A stretch of 64,000 bases of DNA from Yuukianura sp. NJ FZ-2021. Its lineage: Eukaryota. The notes beneath the pieces were generated by a model. That model was not told the origin of the DNA. It searched no databases and saw nothing but the letters and a program-made list of their open reading frames with translations. The DNA is taken from contig CM102290.1 of NCBI GenBank assembly GCA_046563655.1, positions 7,626,001-7,690,000 of the forward strand, in the 5' to 3' direction. Position 1 is the stretch's first letter. Every line of letters begins with the position of its first letter. This document shows, one piece after another, positions 24,659 through 37,541 of this stretch. The position numbers and the translations under genes are program-made.

Positions 24659-25320
24659 AACAAGTGCCTTTCTCAACAATAACGGTAACATTATGGTCCA
24701 ACACTCCACAAATTGTAATATAGTAACCCTGTTTATGTATTGTTAACTGTTGTGATTACTTTTGAATGAATATTATTTTAGTTGAACGTTTTTTTTAGAA
24801 TGCTAGGCCAAGTATTGTATTACGGTTTTGTGAGACAGACGATGGGCTTTCGGTGAGTCATTTCTGTAAACGGGTTGTTAAAATGACTCAAGTCTCTAAA
24901 AAGTGAAATTGAGAGTTATTAGTCATTTGAAACGTTTGAAACGAGATTTAATAAGTTAGTAATGTTGTTTAATACTTTGTTCAGTATACTAAATGCAACT
25001 TTTTTAGTCTTTGTAAATGAATTCAAACTCGAAATTGTACATAACGTGAGGTGTTAATGAACTTTAAGTGACCGCTAGGAAACAAAATGTTGTTATTAAA
25101 ACCGAATCTTCAATGGTGATAACTTATGATTTTTGGATCAATCGCCGTTTTCATTTACTCATATATTAAAATCTGTAAAAACAAACCTTGACACAGTTTA
25201 TCGTTTTTGTGCAGTGTCATGATTTCGTAACTGTTAGCCTCAACAATAAATAAAGTAGCTGACGCTGCTTAATAACAGAAGGCACTTATTTTGTTCCAAA
25301 CAGATGGAAGGATAGCAATC

Positions 25321-28300
25321 TTAGCATAAAAATTGGAATGTGATAAAAATAGTAAAAATGTTTGTAAAAACTAATGGCATGATGCTGAGATTTTGAACTG
25401 AAGTTTGGCCAGCAGTACAGTCAACGAGAGCCATGTTCCGTAGGAACGTTTTTCCCAAGTAGGGATGATAATGTCGCTCCTCCGGCGGAATAACTTGAAG
25501 TAGCTGAGCAGCGTCTTGAAAGATCAAATCACTGTAAGGTGCTGGTGAGTAGAACATTCCAAAACTGGAAATCCAAACAAAATCAGTAACAACTTTGAAC
25601 ACAACTTTTTTTAAACAGTGATTTTCCTTACTTGAAATCGTCTTCAATTTTTTTCCCATAGAACTGTTGCGCATAGAGAAAGAGATTCATAATAGATTTG
25701 GCCTCTGTTTCATTGTAGCTGTCTCCACCGCGGATAACAACGGCATTGGCCTTGACCTTGCCCAAGTTACAACGGTCAAACGCCGTGATCGGACTCCGCG
25801 TGCCATCACGACACAAAAGCTCGTAGTCCCCAGATAGCAAGTTCCTAGCCCAGGTTTCCTTGCGCTTTCCATCCGCAACTTCAGCAACAGTAGTGTGCTT
25901 CACAAAGGCAACTTGACCTCCGCCTTCAACCAAGCAGCGCAGGGCACCTTATGAATTAAAATAGCAAACTAGATTCATACAGTATCCATGACAACCATCG
26001 CTGGCGGTAAGACTTATGCTTACCAATGTTTCCATAGAAACCTTCGGAAGCGTCTCTCTTGCAGTAGGAGTAGCTGGATCCATGACAAAGGTCACAGAGA
26101 TTAGTGTGTTCATGCCAAGTGTTGTATTCGTTGCTCAACGCTCCAGGGACACAAGACTTTGTAAAGTACTGGGATGCAGCAGTAACGGAGTCACAACCGT
26201 ATCTTCTCATTCGGCCACTTGAAAGCAAGTAGGCCATAGGCACAACCCAACCAGCAGCATGGCCAATTCCAGAGTGACAGGATGTTTTACCTATGTTAAG
26301 AATTAAATTGTTACCCATTGTTCTAAAAAATATTTTGGAAACAATTTTTACCTTTGAGGTATGTCAACTCCGTATCTGCATCTCCCTTGTAAGCAACTGC
26401 AACAGCATAATACTCTGGTTCACCTAAGTTGTAAATCTCGGAAAGGACTGGAATCAACTGGAAAAAGAGCCCCGCCTTGTAAACATCGCCAGCATCAAAT
26501 ACTCCTACATCGGCGTCCCTTTCAAATTATAGCAAACTTTTAGAAAGTCTTGCACGCACTGAGAGAATTTTGTAAAATGCTAACCCGTTTCTTATAGCTT
26601 GCATGCAGTTCATCTGACTGTGACCTCGGTAGCAACTCATTTCTGGTTTCAGGAGTTGGTCGTTCAATGCAGTCTGTGAATTCAATTAATGGTGAATGAT
26701 TTACTTTGAACTGACACTGAAGAAAATATTCTGCATACCCTCATCTTTATGCATTTTGTCATTTCAGCATCCGAAGTGACGCATAGTGACACGCGTCCAA
26801 CCGGACAAGCTCGAGTATCCAAAATGTGTTTCATGCTTTCTTCTCCCAAATACTCTGTATAAGTTTGCGCTTGTTCTGGAATGGCCCGGAGCTCTACCGT
26901 CGCATCCTGCAGATGATATAAATCATAATAGTTTAATACAAAAAAAAGCAAACAAGAAAACGGTTTCTTTACCGAGAATAACTGGTTGCTTCGATTTCCG
27001 TAACGGGGATATGATTCAAAGAGTCTTGGAGGTTGAACGACTGGAACCGGCTTCTGTCCAAATGAACCAAAAGGTTGCTGAAACACAGGAGATTGTGATT
27101 GGAGATGATCAGCGTCAGGTCCAAATTTTCGAACAAGATTCTGAATAAACGTTTGATACTTGGTTCGTAAAGTCGTAGATTTGGCAGAGGATGTGACGAC
27201 GACATGAGACGGGAGTTCTCCCCAGTTGCATGTTCTCCATTCTTCGATATTCATTCTCTCTCCATTGGGACACAGGAGGTTGTAAGTCTCTTTGAACTCC
27301 CCCAGTGTCATTTTATTTCCATTGGAGGACATCATCGTATCTGATCCATACTGCCTGTCGTCTTGATTCAGTCGAGAATCTGTGGCTGGGTTGAATTGCT
27401 GCTCTTGAGGTGGAAATCCAAATGGACGAAATGGACTGCTAGTGGTTGAAGTTGTGAAGAAATTTGAACTTGATCCGGGGTAGTTACTTCCTTGACTCCC
27501 GTCAGTTCTTTTGTTAAAATATTCGAGGGCGCTTGAATGTTTGACAAAGGCGATGTCACCTTGAGCGAAGAGACAGGACAAGGCACCTTGGTAGCCAGCG
27601 TAGGGATCATTACTGGTACACTTCACTCCGGGAAGGTCACTTCCGCAAATCTCACAGAGTTTGTGAGAGTTGTCCCCCAGGGGGTTGTACTTGTCAGAAA
27701 GAGAGTTCACTGCACAACTTGGTCCGAAAAATTCAATGGCAGACTTCACATGGTTGTTACAATCTATGGCCTCCAACCCACCATCTTTCATAAGCTAAAA
27801 ATATTTCTCAAATTAAATAAAACTTATGTTGAATTACAAAATAACACATAAATAAAAACAATTTCTCCATTCTAAGACCAGCTTATCTTACCTTGCTCAC
27901 TGGTATAACCCATCCCGCCAATGTTCCGACTCCAGCGAAACAAGCCTTCTTCCCTCTCAGATCATGCAGTGATCCCAGATGAATTGACCGTTTCATCACG
28001 GCGACTGCGTACAACTTTTCACTTCTTCCAAAGTCCTCCACGCGGTAAACTTCGGATAAGATCGGAACCAGACTGTGGTAGCGCCCTCCAACAAAAACTT
28101 CTCCAGCATCCAATGTCGTCACATCCGCCATGTTGTTGTCAAGCAACAACATGCATTCGTCTTTGTTATAAGCCTGAAACAAAATAGAAATTGTAACGAT
28201 TAAAATCCAAATACGACGTACTTCCTTACCTGAACACAACCAAGCTGAAAACTTTCTGCTCGCGGATTGGTGTAACTCAAATGGGGATCAGGGTGAGCAG

Positions 28301-28539
28301 TAGTTCGTAGATAATCTGCAATCGATTCACACTTGCTCTGTTCCTCTGGATTTACCGTGCACCATACGACGCTAGTATCGTCCCTTTCACTGTTAAAAAA
28401 TTGTTGCGTCTCCACCAATGATAGTCCTAAAAGACATTCAAATCCTCATTAAAAGTCAATTATAACACTTATTTTAAATATTTTGCTTACCAAAAACAGC
28501 AAGGAATAATTTCCAGAAAAGATTGTGAAGAGGTAGCAT
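25321..28539 (-). CDS. Tsf2: Melanotransferrin (Transferrin 2), probably GPI-anchored
   Basis: Signal peptide, two transferrin lobes (VVWCTV, LDAGE, YAVAV, AGWVIP, YQGALSCL, DIAFVKH; second lobe LDAGD, AAGWVVP, QVAFVKH, YELLCRDG) and a hydrophobic C-terminal tail. Confidence 0.93.
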
Positions 28540-28622
28540 TTTTGATCCTAACTTATCCTACTACACGCCGACTGACCTAAAAAAAACTTCTAACAATCGA
28601 CACAACTTTACATAGCACAAGT

Positions 28623-28630
28623 TATCGATA
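28623..28630. promoter_or_regulatory. DRE-like palindrome TATCGATA upstream of the melanotransferrin start
   Basis: Exact TATCGATA about 85 bp upstream of the ATG at 28539. It is the known insect DREF element, but an 8-mer can occur by chance. Confidence 0.3.
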
Positions 28631-29393
28631 GCAATTAAGCTATTGACCACAAATCACCGGGTAAAGAAATTAACGGAAGATCTTAAAGAAGTGTCAACCG
28701 CACCCTCCCTTTCGATTACTCACTTTATATACTATCAAAATGATCATTCTCCCTCTCCCTCTCACGTAACAATGGATTTGATCTGTTCAAAACACAATAA
28801 GGACTCTTCACCTGCGGCAATCTACCAGAGTCTCTGGACACGGACAGGTAGATGCCAAGACCACGGGGAAAGCAAAACAAATCCACCCTCTTACGTTATA
28901 TGGACATACATAACCATAATATGGTACCTAGCATAACAATACGGGAAATGTAGTAATATATGTAATAAAAATAATATAATAGAACAATAGAACATTCCGT
29001 TGGTGCCAGCGAAAAGAGTGGACCGTCACATCTTATAAACTTATATAAGCATGAGAAAGTTAACTCAAAATTTGAAACATTAGGTAAACAGTTAAAAAAT
29101 GATTCATAACTTATGATGGAATTTTTGCAAATCGCGTTATGTTTTCCCTCCGCAGTTGTGAAATTAAACAAATTACTGATTTTTGGGTTTCTTTCTTTTC
29201 GCTGGTACTCACGGCACATTTCTGAAATCTTTTGACAAAAATTATCAAGGAAAACGGATTTTTTAATCCAAATTAAAATGAACCTGACGATATTTTCAAA
29301 TATTTCAGAACACAAACTAAGTACGCGTGTAATCTCTAAATAAAAAATAAATAAAATGTTTTTGTTTACGCAAACTCACGCAGTTCATGTCAC

Positions 29394-32072
29394 CTACTTG
29401 CCTCTGCGAATCTTCTTGAAGTCACCCTCTTGATTTGACAGCGATCCCATAATGGAGTTTACCTTTCGCTTTCGACTGCTATCCCTGTAAAACACACATG
29501 GAAAAAAATTAGCCTTCCAGAACTATTCGAGATGAAAATGCAAAACATGGTGAAAGTTTTCGTTTTCCGAAGTGTTTTGATTTTAGAAGCAACGTACAGT
29601 TGAGCCTGATGTTGTTGTTGCACCCTCGCAATAGTTGCACTGTCTTTCTTGAGTTCCCGAATTGCACCCTTATGTTCTTGCTTGATTTTGTGAGCAAGAC
29701 GATCACGATCTTGCTTATCCCTGGAGCCCACACGTTTCTTTCCGGTAAACCTGACAAAATAAGTTGAATCAGTCAAGTCAAACAGTGAGAGAATTGGATT
29801 AAGGTAAAGTTATTGGACACTTACGTCTCCTCAAACAATGGCTCATATAAACGCAGAGGTTTCGGTAGAGCAACTTTCGTTCGTGGCGGTTGTCGTTGCG
29901 GTGAAAAGTTGTCGATTTCCAGAATAATATCACCCAGTTTTGTTCGAAGTTTTTCCATGTCAAAATCTGAAGGAGCAGAGCTGAATGATTCTTTTCCTTT
30001 CAAATTGCTCAAGACATCTCTGATGGGTTTGAAGATCTGAATTGCAGATGGGTAGGCCGAGTACAGCTTAAAAAGTGACGTGATTAAAGACAGAACGGGG
30101 AAGATAAGCTTGTAAGTTGAAGCTGAACCGTTGTGGACTTCGTTGAAGGGAAACGAGACGTACTGATCTTGTTTTGGAAGTAACTTCGGTTCGTCTAGCC
30201 ATGTCAAAACTGAATGAAGACATGTTAAAATCTCGGGCATGTAACGCTTTGTCTCCCGAGTCATCTGCAAGATTTAAGTACTAAGTTGATTGAATGATTG
30301 CCGTCTTTTAGGAAATTAGTTTTTAAAACTTACCAAATAACCACAGTAGCAGAGGAGGACCAGTCGGTAAGCCATATTTCCATCCTTCACCTTGAAACTA
30401 GTCACAACACTAGCTAGATATGATAGTACTGGCGAATGCAGCTTCCGCTGCATTTTGCTACTGAAAAGCCGGAAGCACAGAAACAGTAGAGTAATCTAAG
30501 ACAAAAGAAACGTAACTCAATTAACGGTCAAATTACTACAACGGTTGTTTGCTTTTGTGTCACTTACATCGGAATCTGTAAACGTTTTCCCCTCATGGCC
30601 TTCCTCTAACATCGCATGACAGTCTTTTACTTTCGAAATCAAATACTCTGCCAGTCCTATTTTTTCTGGACTAATTTCCAATATTCGATGAAAAATTTCC
30701 AGAACTGAATCCAGGAAGCACATTCGGTCGCAGATAGTATCGTTTGACTTGGCCGTCTCAGTATTTAGGTGAAGGAGATAGTCGCATAACTTATATAGAT
30801 GTCCACGATGGGATGCTATATGAAGATTGATCAATGCTATGTTGACACGGACAAATTGATCGCGACTATATCGTTGATTTGGGTGCAAATTGTTGTGTTC
30901 GAGAACTTGTAAGTATTGGTCAAATGAATCCGGAATTTGAGTTGGAATTTTAAGAGCAGGATATGCTTCTGTTTCATGCTGCAAATCGCCGCTAATCCCA
31001 GCGGAAGTATCAACCGGTGCAACTCTGGCTGGCTTCGCTTCGAACTTCAGCTCACGTACAATTTGTCCAAAGGCTTTATCGTGTGGACTCAAATCGGTGT
31101 CTGCTTTTTTTGGTTCTGGTGCTGATTTCACAGTTGAGATCATGCTTTCGATTTCTTCTTTTTTGGTACGAACAGTATGAACTAAGGAAAGGACGTTGTC
31201 TTCTTTGAACAAACTGTTCAAGTTGCCAACTTTCGACAAATACTCATCGCCTTGCTTCGCTTTCTCTAATTTCTTGGCTTTGTTGCTCAAAATTAACTCT
31301 TCTATTATTTCTTTCCTCGATTTTTCTCCGGATTCAGTATCTTCCTTTGGCTTCATCTTTAAAAATCCACCGAAATGAGCCTCGCCGACAAACTCCTCTG
31401 AAAATGTGTAACTCATTTACCGTATTCGTTGCTGATATTGAAATACGTTAATTTTTTTTTAAATTACTGTCAAGGAGTTCATCCTCAGATCCAGATTGAT
31501 CTCTCGGGTCATCATATCGCTCAATATCCTCAATAGTCTGTCCTTTGTGTGTAAGTCCCACATCATCATCATCCGGAAGATTGAAGTCGACCCGCTATTC
31601 ATGGTAACATTCAATCATGGTAAAATGTAACGTCATTTACTTTGCAGACTTAACGGAATTACTTTACTCGAAGTCAAAAGTCACCTTCTTATACTGCTTA
31701 GTCTTCTCCTTAGCGATTCTCTTTGCTATTTTTTCCTCTTCTGGAACTGAACTTCGTTCGCCAATACGAGAGTCGACAACAACACTCGTTTTTTTCCTAC
31801 GCAAAAATTCGCTTACAAGTCCGTCACGTCTCTAAATAAAAATGTCGCCAAATAAGTAACGGTAACATCATACCCCAAATCCAAATACAGGACTGCATAA
31901 CATTATTTATTACCATTGACGGAGCTTTCTCCCAAGTTCTTCCAGCTCCCATTTTTCCAGTACGCCTTGTATTCTTGTCAGTTGGTGGTCCTGTTTTCTT
32001 AACCTTACCATTGTTCTTCGGATTAGGAAACGTTGCATGTATTTTTCGCTTCACGACTTTCTGTTTCTTCAT
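29394..32072 (-). CDS. NOP14: Nucleolar protein 14
   Basis: VVVDSRIGE, FNLPDDDDVGLTHKGQ, HFGG, KSRKEIIEELILSNKAKKLEK, RYMPE, PKPLRLYEP, EHKGAIRELKKD and C-terminal MGSLSNQEGDFKK. Confidence 0.9.
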
Positions 32073-32623
32073 TCTAATTGACGTTGGTCGGTATTATTCA
32101 CAATAATAAATCAGTTGTGAGTGATAACTCCGGCAGGGTAACCGACACAGGACACACAATACACTCGCTAATTAACTTTTAAGCAGTTGACTACGTGAAA
32201 CGTGACACGCGGACGCGACAGGCTAGGCCGCATAGGGAAACATGAAAACATAATAAGAATAACAACATGTTAGTAGCAAATTTAAATTTGAATCATAGAA
32301 ACTTTTTCCCGCGTGCCCCTCTCTTCCCCCAAAGATCTCGTTTCGCATTTTAGCGGGAAAGTTTTCAATTCAAAATGAAAAAGAATTTAATTTGTTTTTT
32401 GTTTTTTTTTGCTTTGGAAGTTTCAAATTGGACCAAGCATTTTTTGAATGGAAAGAACCATGTGCTCTTCTCTGATTGAAGCTTAGGGACTGTGACGAGA
32501 CGAAGATTGACTGTTTACATCTACAATTTACATTACGAGATAAGGTTACTAAATTGTATATTAATAAATCGTTTTTAATTTATCGTTTATCGACTATTCA
32601 GTGAGTCTTGTGCTCAGACTAAA

Positions 32624-34385
32624 ATGAAGTCAACCACGAAGTCAGATACTGTAAAACGGAGGCAAAAGGGTTCGGAAAATCTGACTGACGTACTAACGGA
32701 AAAACCAAAACAAGCTTGGTACGACTCGGACGATGAAATCAGGTATTCTTATTATGATGAAGTTAAGTTAATTTCTGGAGACGTTGACGTTAATAGACCT
32801 TACTTTACGTAGCGATGAAAAGGGACTACACGTTCGATACGCGAACCGAGAAGCCAAGCCAAATGTGGAGTATCGGCAGCGATTAATTGAAGGGTTTCAA
32901 CTTGTTCATGGTATTCCGTCATGGTCACTGCCGAAGAAAAAGCGGGTAAATATTTATTTTTCGGAAAAGTAGCTACAGGCACTACTCATTTTCGTAACGA
33001 TATTGATTTTGGTTTACGTATTTGCAGAAAAAAGCTGAAAGCGATGATGAGGATATGGAATTTGAGGAGGGAAGTGGCTCATATAGGAATGGCACAGTGC
33101 TGACGCACGGACAAATTAAAATCGTCAAAGTGCAGAATCTCAATAACGAAGGACATAACCAGCGAGAGTTTATAAGAAGTGTGGAGTTTCATCCAAAGTC
33201 GCAAGTGGGACTAGTAGCAGGATCCAAGAGCACCGTTTCATTATACCAAGTATTGTGTTACCCGACGTCTATTAGGAACAGGAGATCAATGTGTAACTTT
33301 CACACTTCATATTTATTTCTAGGTCGATGGTTCTACGAACGCAAAAATTCTGTCTGTTGATTTTGAGAATTTTCCTATTGGAGATGCAACGTTTGCTGCA
33401 GATGGAGCAGAAATCTACGTGAGTTCTTCCAGTCAGCGTCACTTTTACACTTACGACATGATGTCTGGCAAAATATCTAAAGTAAATCCAACATACACCA
33501 CTCGCCACGAAACCATCCGCGTAAGTACATTGCGTTAGTTTTATAATAATGTCGAAAATATTTCTTGAAAGCTGTATCTGAATTTGTAGAAAATTGTGAA
33601 GAGTCCGGATAATAAAATTCTGGTTTCCTTTGGTCATCACGGAAACATGTACCTGCACTCCAGACACTCAAAAGAAATGATATCAATTTTGAAAATGAAC
33701 GGAGAAGTTCAGGATGTCGCGTTCGATAGCTCCGGGTCGCGAATGTATTCCACAGGAAGTAAGACGGTTTTACAATTTGTTTTAATGGACTTGATTATGG
33801 TCGCTTGATTTTTTTCTTATAGCTCTTGGAGAAGTTTTTGAATGGGACATGAACAATCGAGTGTGCGTTTCCAAATTCGTAGATGAAGGAGCCCTAGTCG
33901 GGTCAGCTCTGGCGGTTACTCCAAGCTTTTTAGCCGCCGGATCCTGCTCAGGAGTCGTCAATATTTACGACAGAGAGAGATTGTATACTCCCGTTTGTAA
34001 ACCCCTCAAAAGTTTAATGAACCTTACCACTCGCGTCACTTCACTAAAAGCCAATCATACTGGAGAACTTCTCGCATTTGGCTCATACGAGAAGAGGGAT
34101 GTCATCAAGCTGGTGAGTATTGTGCCAATTTGACTAAAAGTAGGAGCTGAGGCTAGTCTAACTATTTCTAAATTCTAAATGAACATATCTAATGCATCTT
34201 CATATTTCTTCTAAAAACAGGCGCACTTACCATCAATGTCCGTCTATTCCAACTTCCCTTTTGTGAATAGTTTTTGGGGACGACCAAATACCATGGCCTT
34301 CTCACCCAACAGTGGCTATTTTTCTTTCGGAAATGACCGTGGAGAAGCATATCTATTTCGACTAAAACATTTTGAAAATTATTAG
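32624..34385 (+). CDS. UTP18: U3 snoRNA-associated protein 18 (WD40)
   Basis: AWYDSDDE, GIPSWS, SVEFHPKSQVGLVAG, KFVDEG, KSLMNLTT, SVYSNFP, FSPNSGY and C-terminal FRLKHFENY. Confidence 0.92.
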
Positions 34386-34682
34386 ACACTTTAGGCTCTT
34401 TTTAAAATTATATTTTATGATTTATATTTAACATTCAAATGCAAAAATATATTTTGAGGACGATGATCATCTACAAATCCTGGGGTACTGGGGTATGATA
34501 GTTCGCCACCATTGTACGCTGTCCGATGTATCACCTATAGTAATTTATTTCAAAAGCGTCCAGTTTCTTTCAACCTTGCGACCTAAGTACAATTACTACC
34601 AAAAACCAGAGATAAGATTGCAGCAAATAATTAAAATAATAATTATACTAGAAATACTGAAAATACTTCTAATCCCAGCTTT

Positions 34683-35124
34683 TACGGTTGACGTAAACTT
34701 GGGTGAACAGACTGTACCCACCCGTTCAAATTTTCGCCCGCTGTCATTGTAACCCATGTATCTGAATGTGAACTACAGACTTAATCAGTATTCCTCAATG
34801 TGTCAGTATAGGTAGACTTAGACAATAAAACCTACAGATGTAATAAATAAGTAATGTTTGTTTTGTTTAACTTAATCTTAACAGTTGCGTGTTTTACCAA
34901 CCTATCGCGGGGCGGAAAAATTAACGTGGATTTACTGAATTAAGTTGTAAAGAAGGTTACCAGGTGGAATTGAGAGGGTATTTCAGCACCGCTAGATGTA
35001 TGTATTGCTTGCGATGTTGGTGGGTACAAATGTACCCATCCGATGGGTGCAATTACAGCGGCGCGAAAGATTGAATAGGTGGGTACAAGGGTACAGTCGA
35101 GACGCCCGAATTTACTTCAACCGC
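34683..35124. mobile_element. Degenerate MITE-like element with ~75-bp imperfect inverted arms
   Basis: 34683-34757 (TACGGTTGACGTAAAC...GACTGTACCCACCCGTTCAAATTTTCGCCCGCTGTCATTGTAACCCAT) is approximately reverse-complementary to 35043-35124 (ATGGGTGCAATTACAGCGGCGCGAAAGATTGAA...GTACAGTC...TTTACTTCAACCG). No clear TSD. Confidence 0.55.
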
Positions 35125-35657
35125 TTTTACAATTCTCTAGTACATAAACCGATAAACCTAAACTGTATTGTAATTTTATCCTTTTCTGTCCATGAATAAT
35201 AATTAACAATAATTAGTGCAACCCATGACCGGCATACTAAAAGGTATTATTTAAAATTTAATAGTTAACTCGACTAGTAAGAACGAATGACACCCTACTT
35301 CCCACATTGTGCTGTTCAATTTTATGTTAAAAGCAATCGTCTGTTTTGCCAGGTGGATGTGATGTGATTCTGATTCCCATTATGTTATGTACCATGGTCT
35401 TACTAACATATTAGTATCTGTTTCCACTTCTATTGTGAGCAGTGACCTTTGTTCGAAAACAAATCTCTTGAAACCGCCTATCAACTTGCATTGCTTGTCA
35501 ATTTAATCTCCAAAACCAAAACCTATGCAATCACCGCGCTCCACCTAACCGGTACCGTGCCACACTTTCTTCACACCTCAGTATTCAGTAACTTGTTCAA
35601 AACAAAGTTGACTGTCAACCGGCAGTCGGCTAACATAACGAGTCTCCGTTCGCAACA

Positions 35658-37541
35658 ATGGATACTAAGTTAGTGAAGGGATTTGGCGAAGAATTTGCAG
35701 AATACAAGTTTGATGGGGTAAAACAAAAAATGTTCTAAGATATATCTCTAACCAAAATTTGAAGCTTAAACTGTTATTTATTGCCTGTTTACAGTTTCTG
35801 GATTGGCTAATCAAAATACGTGATCCGCGAGATGCTTGGAACGCTCAACCAACGTATCTAATTTCTGAGCTGACGTTTCTTACGACTGGACTCCTCACGT
35901 TCATTCACTGTATGCAGTTGCGAAAACGTTTTTTTTTTCCAAATACGACATTAAAAAAATATTTTTGTTTTTTTTCAAACTCTTTTTTCAGCTCAGCGCG
36001 TAGGTGGAAGGTTTCGCTGGCTGTGGTTGACTTGTGTACTGCACGGTCTGGTAGTCGAAAACGTAACGTTTTGGACTCCAGAGATTGATAACTTTTGGCA
36101 TTCCCAAACAACGGTGGTTCTGTTCGGAAGACGCTTACCTCTCCATATTCCATTTTTATGTAATCAAAACATGTACGAAAAATTATGTTTTTATATGTTA
36201 TAATTTTGCAAAAAACAAAGAATTTTTCCAGATCCCACCTTCATTTATACTGCAACAGCATGCGTATCCAGACTTAGACTTGGGAAGTTTGCACAGGCTC
36301 TTGCAACTGGACTGGCCGTCGTGCTAATTGATATTCCTTATGATATCATGGCCGTCAAATTTGTTCACTGGACATGGCATGATACTGATCCAAACATCTA
36401 CGATCGCCATTACTGGTGAATACCTTTCTAGCAAATCGTTGAGAAGTCAGTGAAGGAGTTCAAGAATTTTTAAAACTCTAATTTTTGTGAATTATTTCAG
36501 GGTTCCGTGGACATCGTACTATTTTCACGCCGCATTTGCCTCAACATTTGTGTTCACTTTTCACTTCTGGAGAAGACAGTTCTGTAACAATGATCCGCAG
36601 AATCAATGGGTGTCGGACAATCGAATGTCAAGAGAAATCTTGTGCTCTGTCCTAACAGCACTTTGTGGAATGGCAGGCGGAGTTCTCCAGTTCCTACCGC
36701 TATACCATCCACTTCATGATTACTTCGGAATCCACACTGAAAACTGTGTCGTCACTCTTGTTCTGATTTACTTTCTCTTAGCTTGGAAGGAAGATCGAAA
36801 TCCAGTAGTCGGGTCACGTCCAAATTCACGTAATTCTGGAAATAATTTCTATACAAGAACAGGAATGCTGAGAAAGCTGACGTTTTCTTTTGTTGCAGGG
36901 GATGCCAAAGGCTATGGAATAAACGAACTTGCTATTGCCTTGTTTCTGCACTACTCTGTGTATTTGGGAATGGCGATTTTTGGACATCCAGAAAACGAAG
37001 TGTCAGTTGGCCTACACGAAAAAATCGGACCCTGTGATGAATGGTTGGAGCAAAAAACTTTATTTACCCTGATCACAGGGGAGGTAAACCCCTGTAAATA
37101 CGTTATAGCTTAATTCGTTAATATGTTAAGCTTATTAATAAGCTTAACCTATTATTACACTTGAAAGAAGTTGATTATGTTTTTCATGCAGACCAACAAG
37201 AGGAGGAAATATCTATGTTTGAACGACTACGATGAGCATTATTTCGACTTCAAATGTCTACCGAAAGAACCAAAGCAAAATTCTGAGTGGTACACCATTT
37301 GTGGAATGCCGTTTGAAAATAGAGCTGAATACATCCAGGTCAGAACACTCCATGTTTAGATTTACAAAATCAACATTTTATACATTAATGTTTTTAAATT
37401 GTGTGTTTTTTTCCTTTACAGTTGATCGTCGTTATTTGTTTCGCAGCATTTTTCTTTTTTCGCGCCATGCTATTCAAGTCAGCCCCAGAATGGGATACTA
37501 AAGGAAAAGGAGATGGCTTGAAGCAAAAGAAGCATAAATAG
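35658..37541 (+). CDS. Uncharacterised multi-pass membrane protein with C-terminal KKxx motif
   Basis: About 8 exons and several hydrophobic helices. Motif IDIPYDIMAVKFVHWTWHDTDPNIYDRHYWVPWTSYYFH. Ends ...LKQKKHK*. Confidence 0.8.

Noticed and set aside
25205..25220. CAGTGT as an iron-responsive element near the transferrin 3' end
   Set aside because: It is on the wrong strand for melanotransferrin mRNA and has no convincing IRE stem.
32742..32811. ATGATGA (box C-like) in UTP18 intron 1 as a snoRNA
   Set aside because: The intron is too short, and there is no properly placed CTGA box D or terminal stem.
37125..37148. Perfect 24-bp palindrome GTTAAGCTTATTAATAAGCTTAAC in an intron
   Set aside because: Real, but AT-rich and isolated. 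Nothing supports a function.
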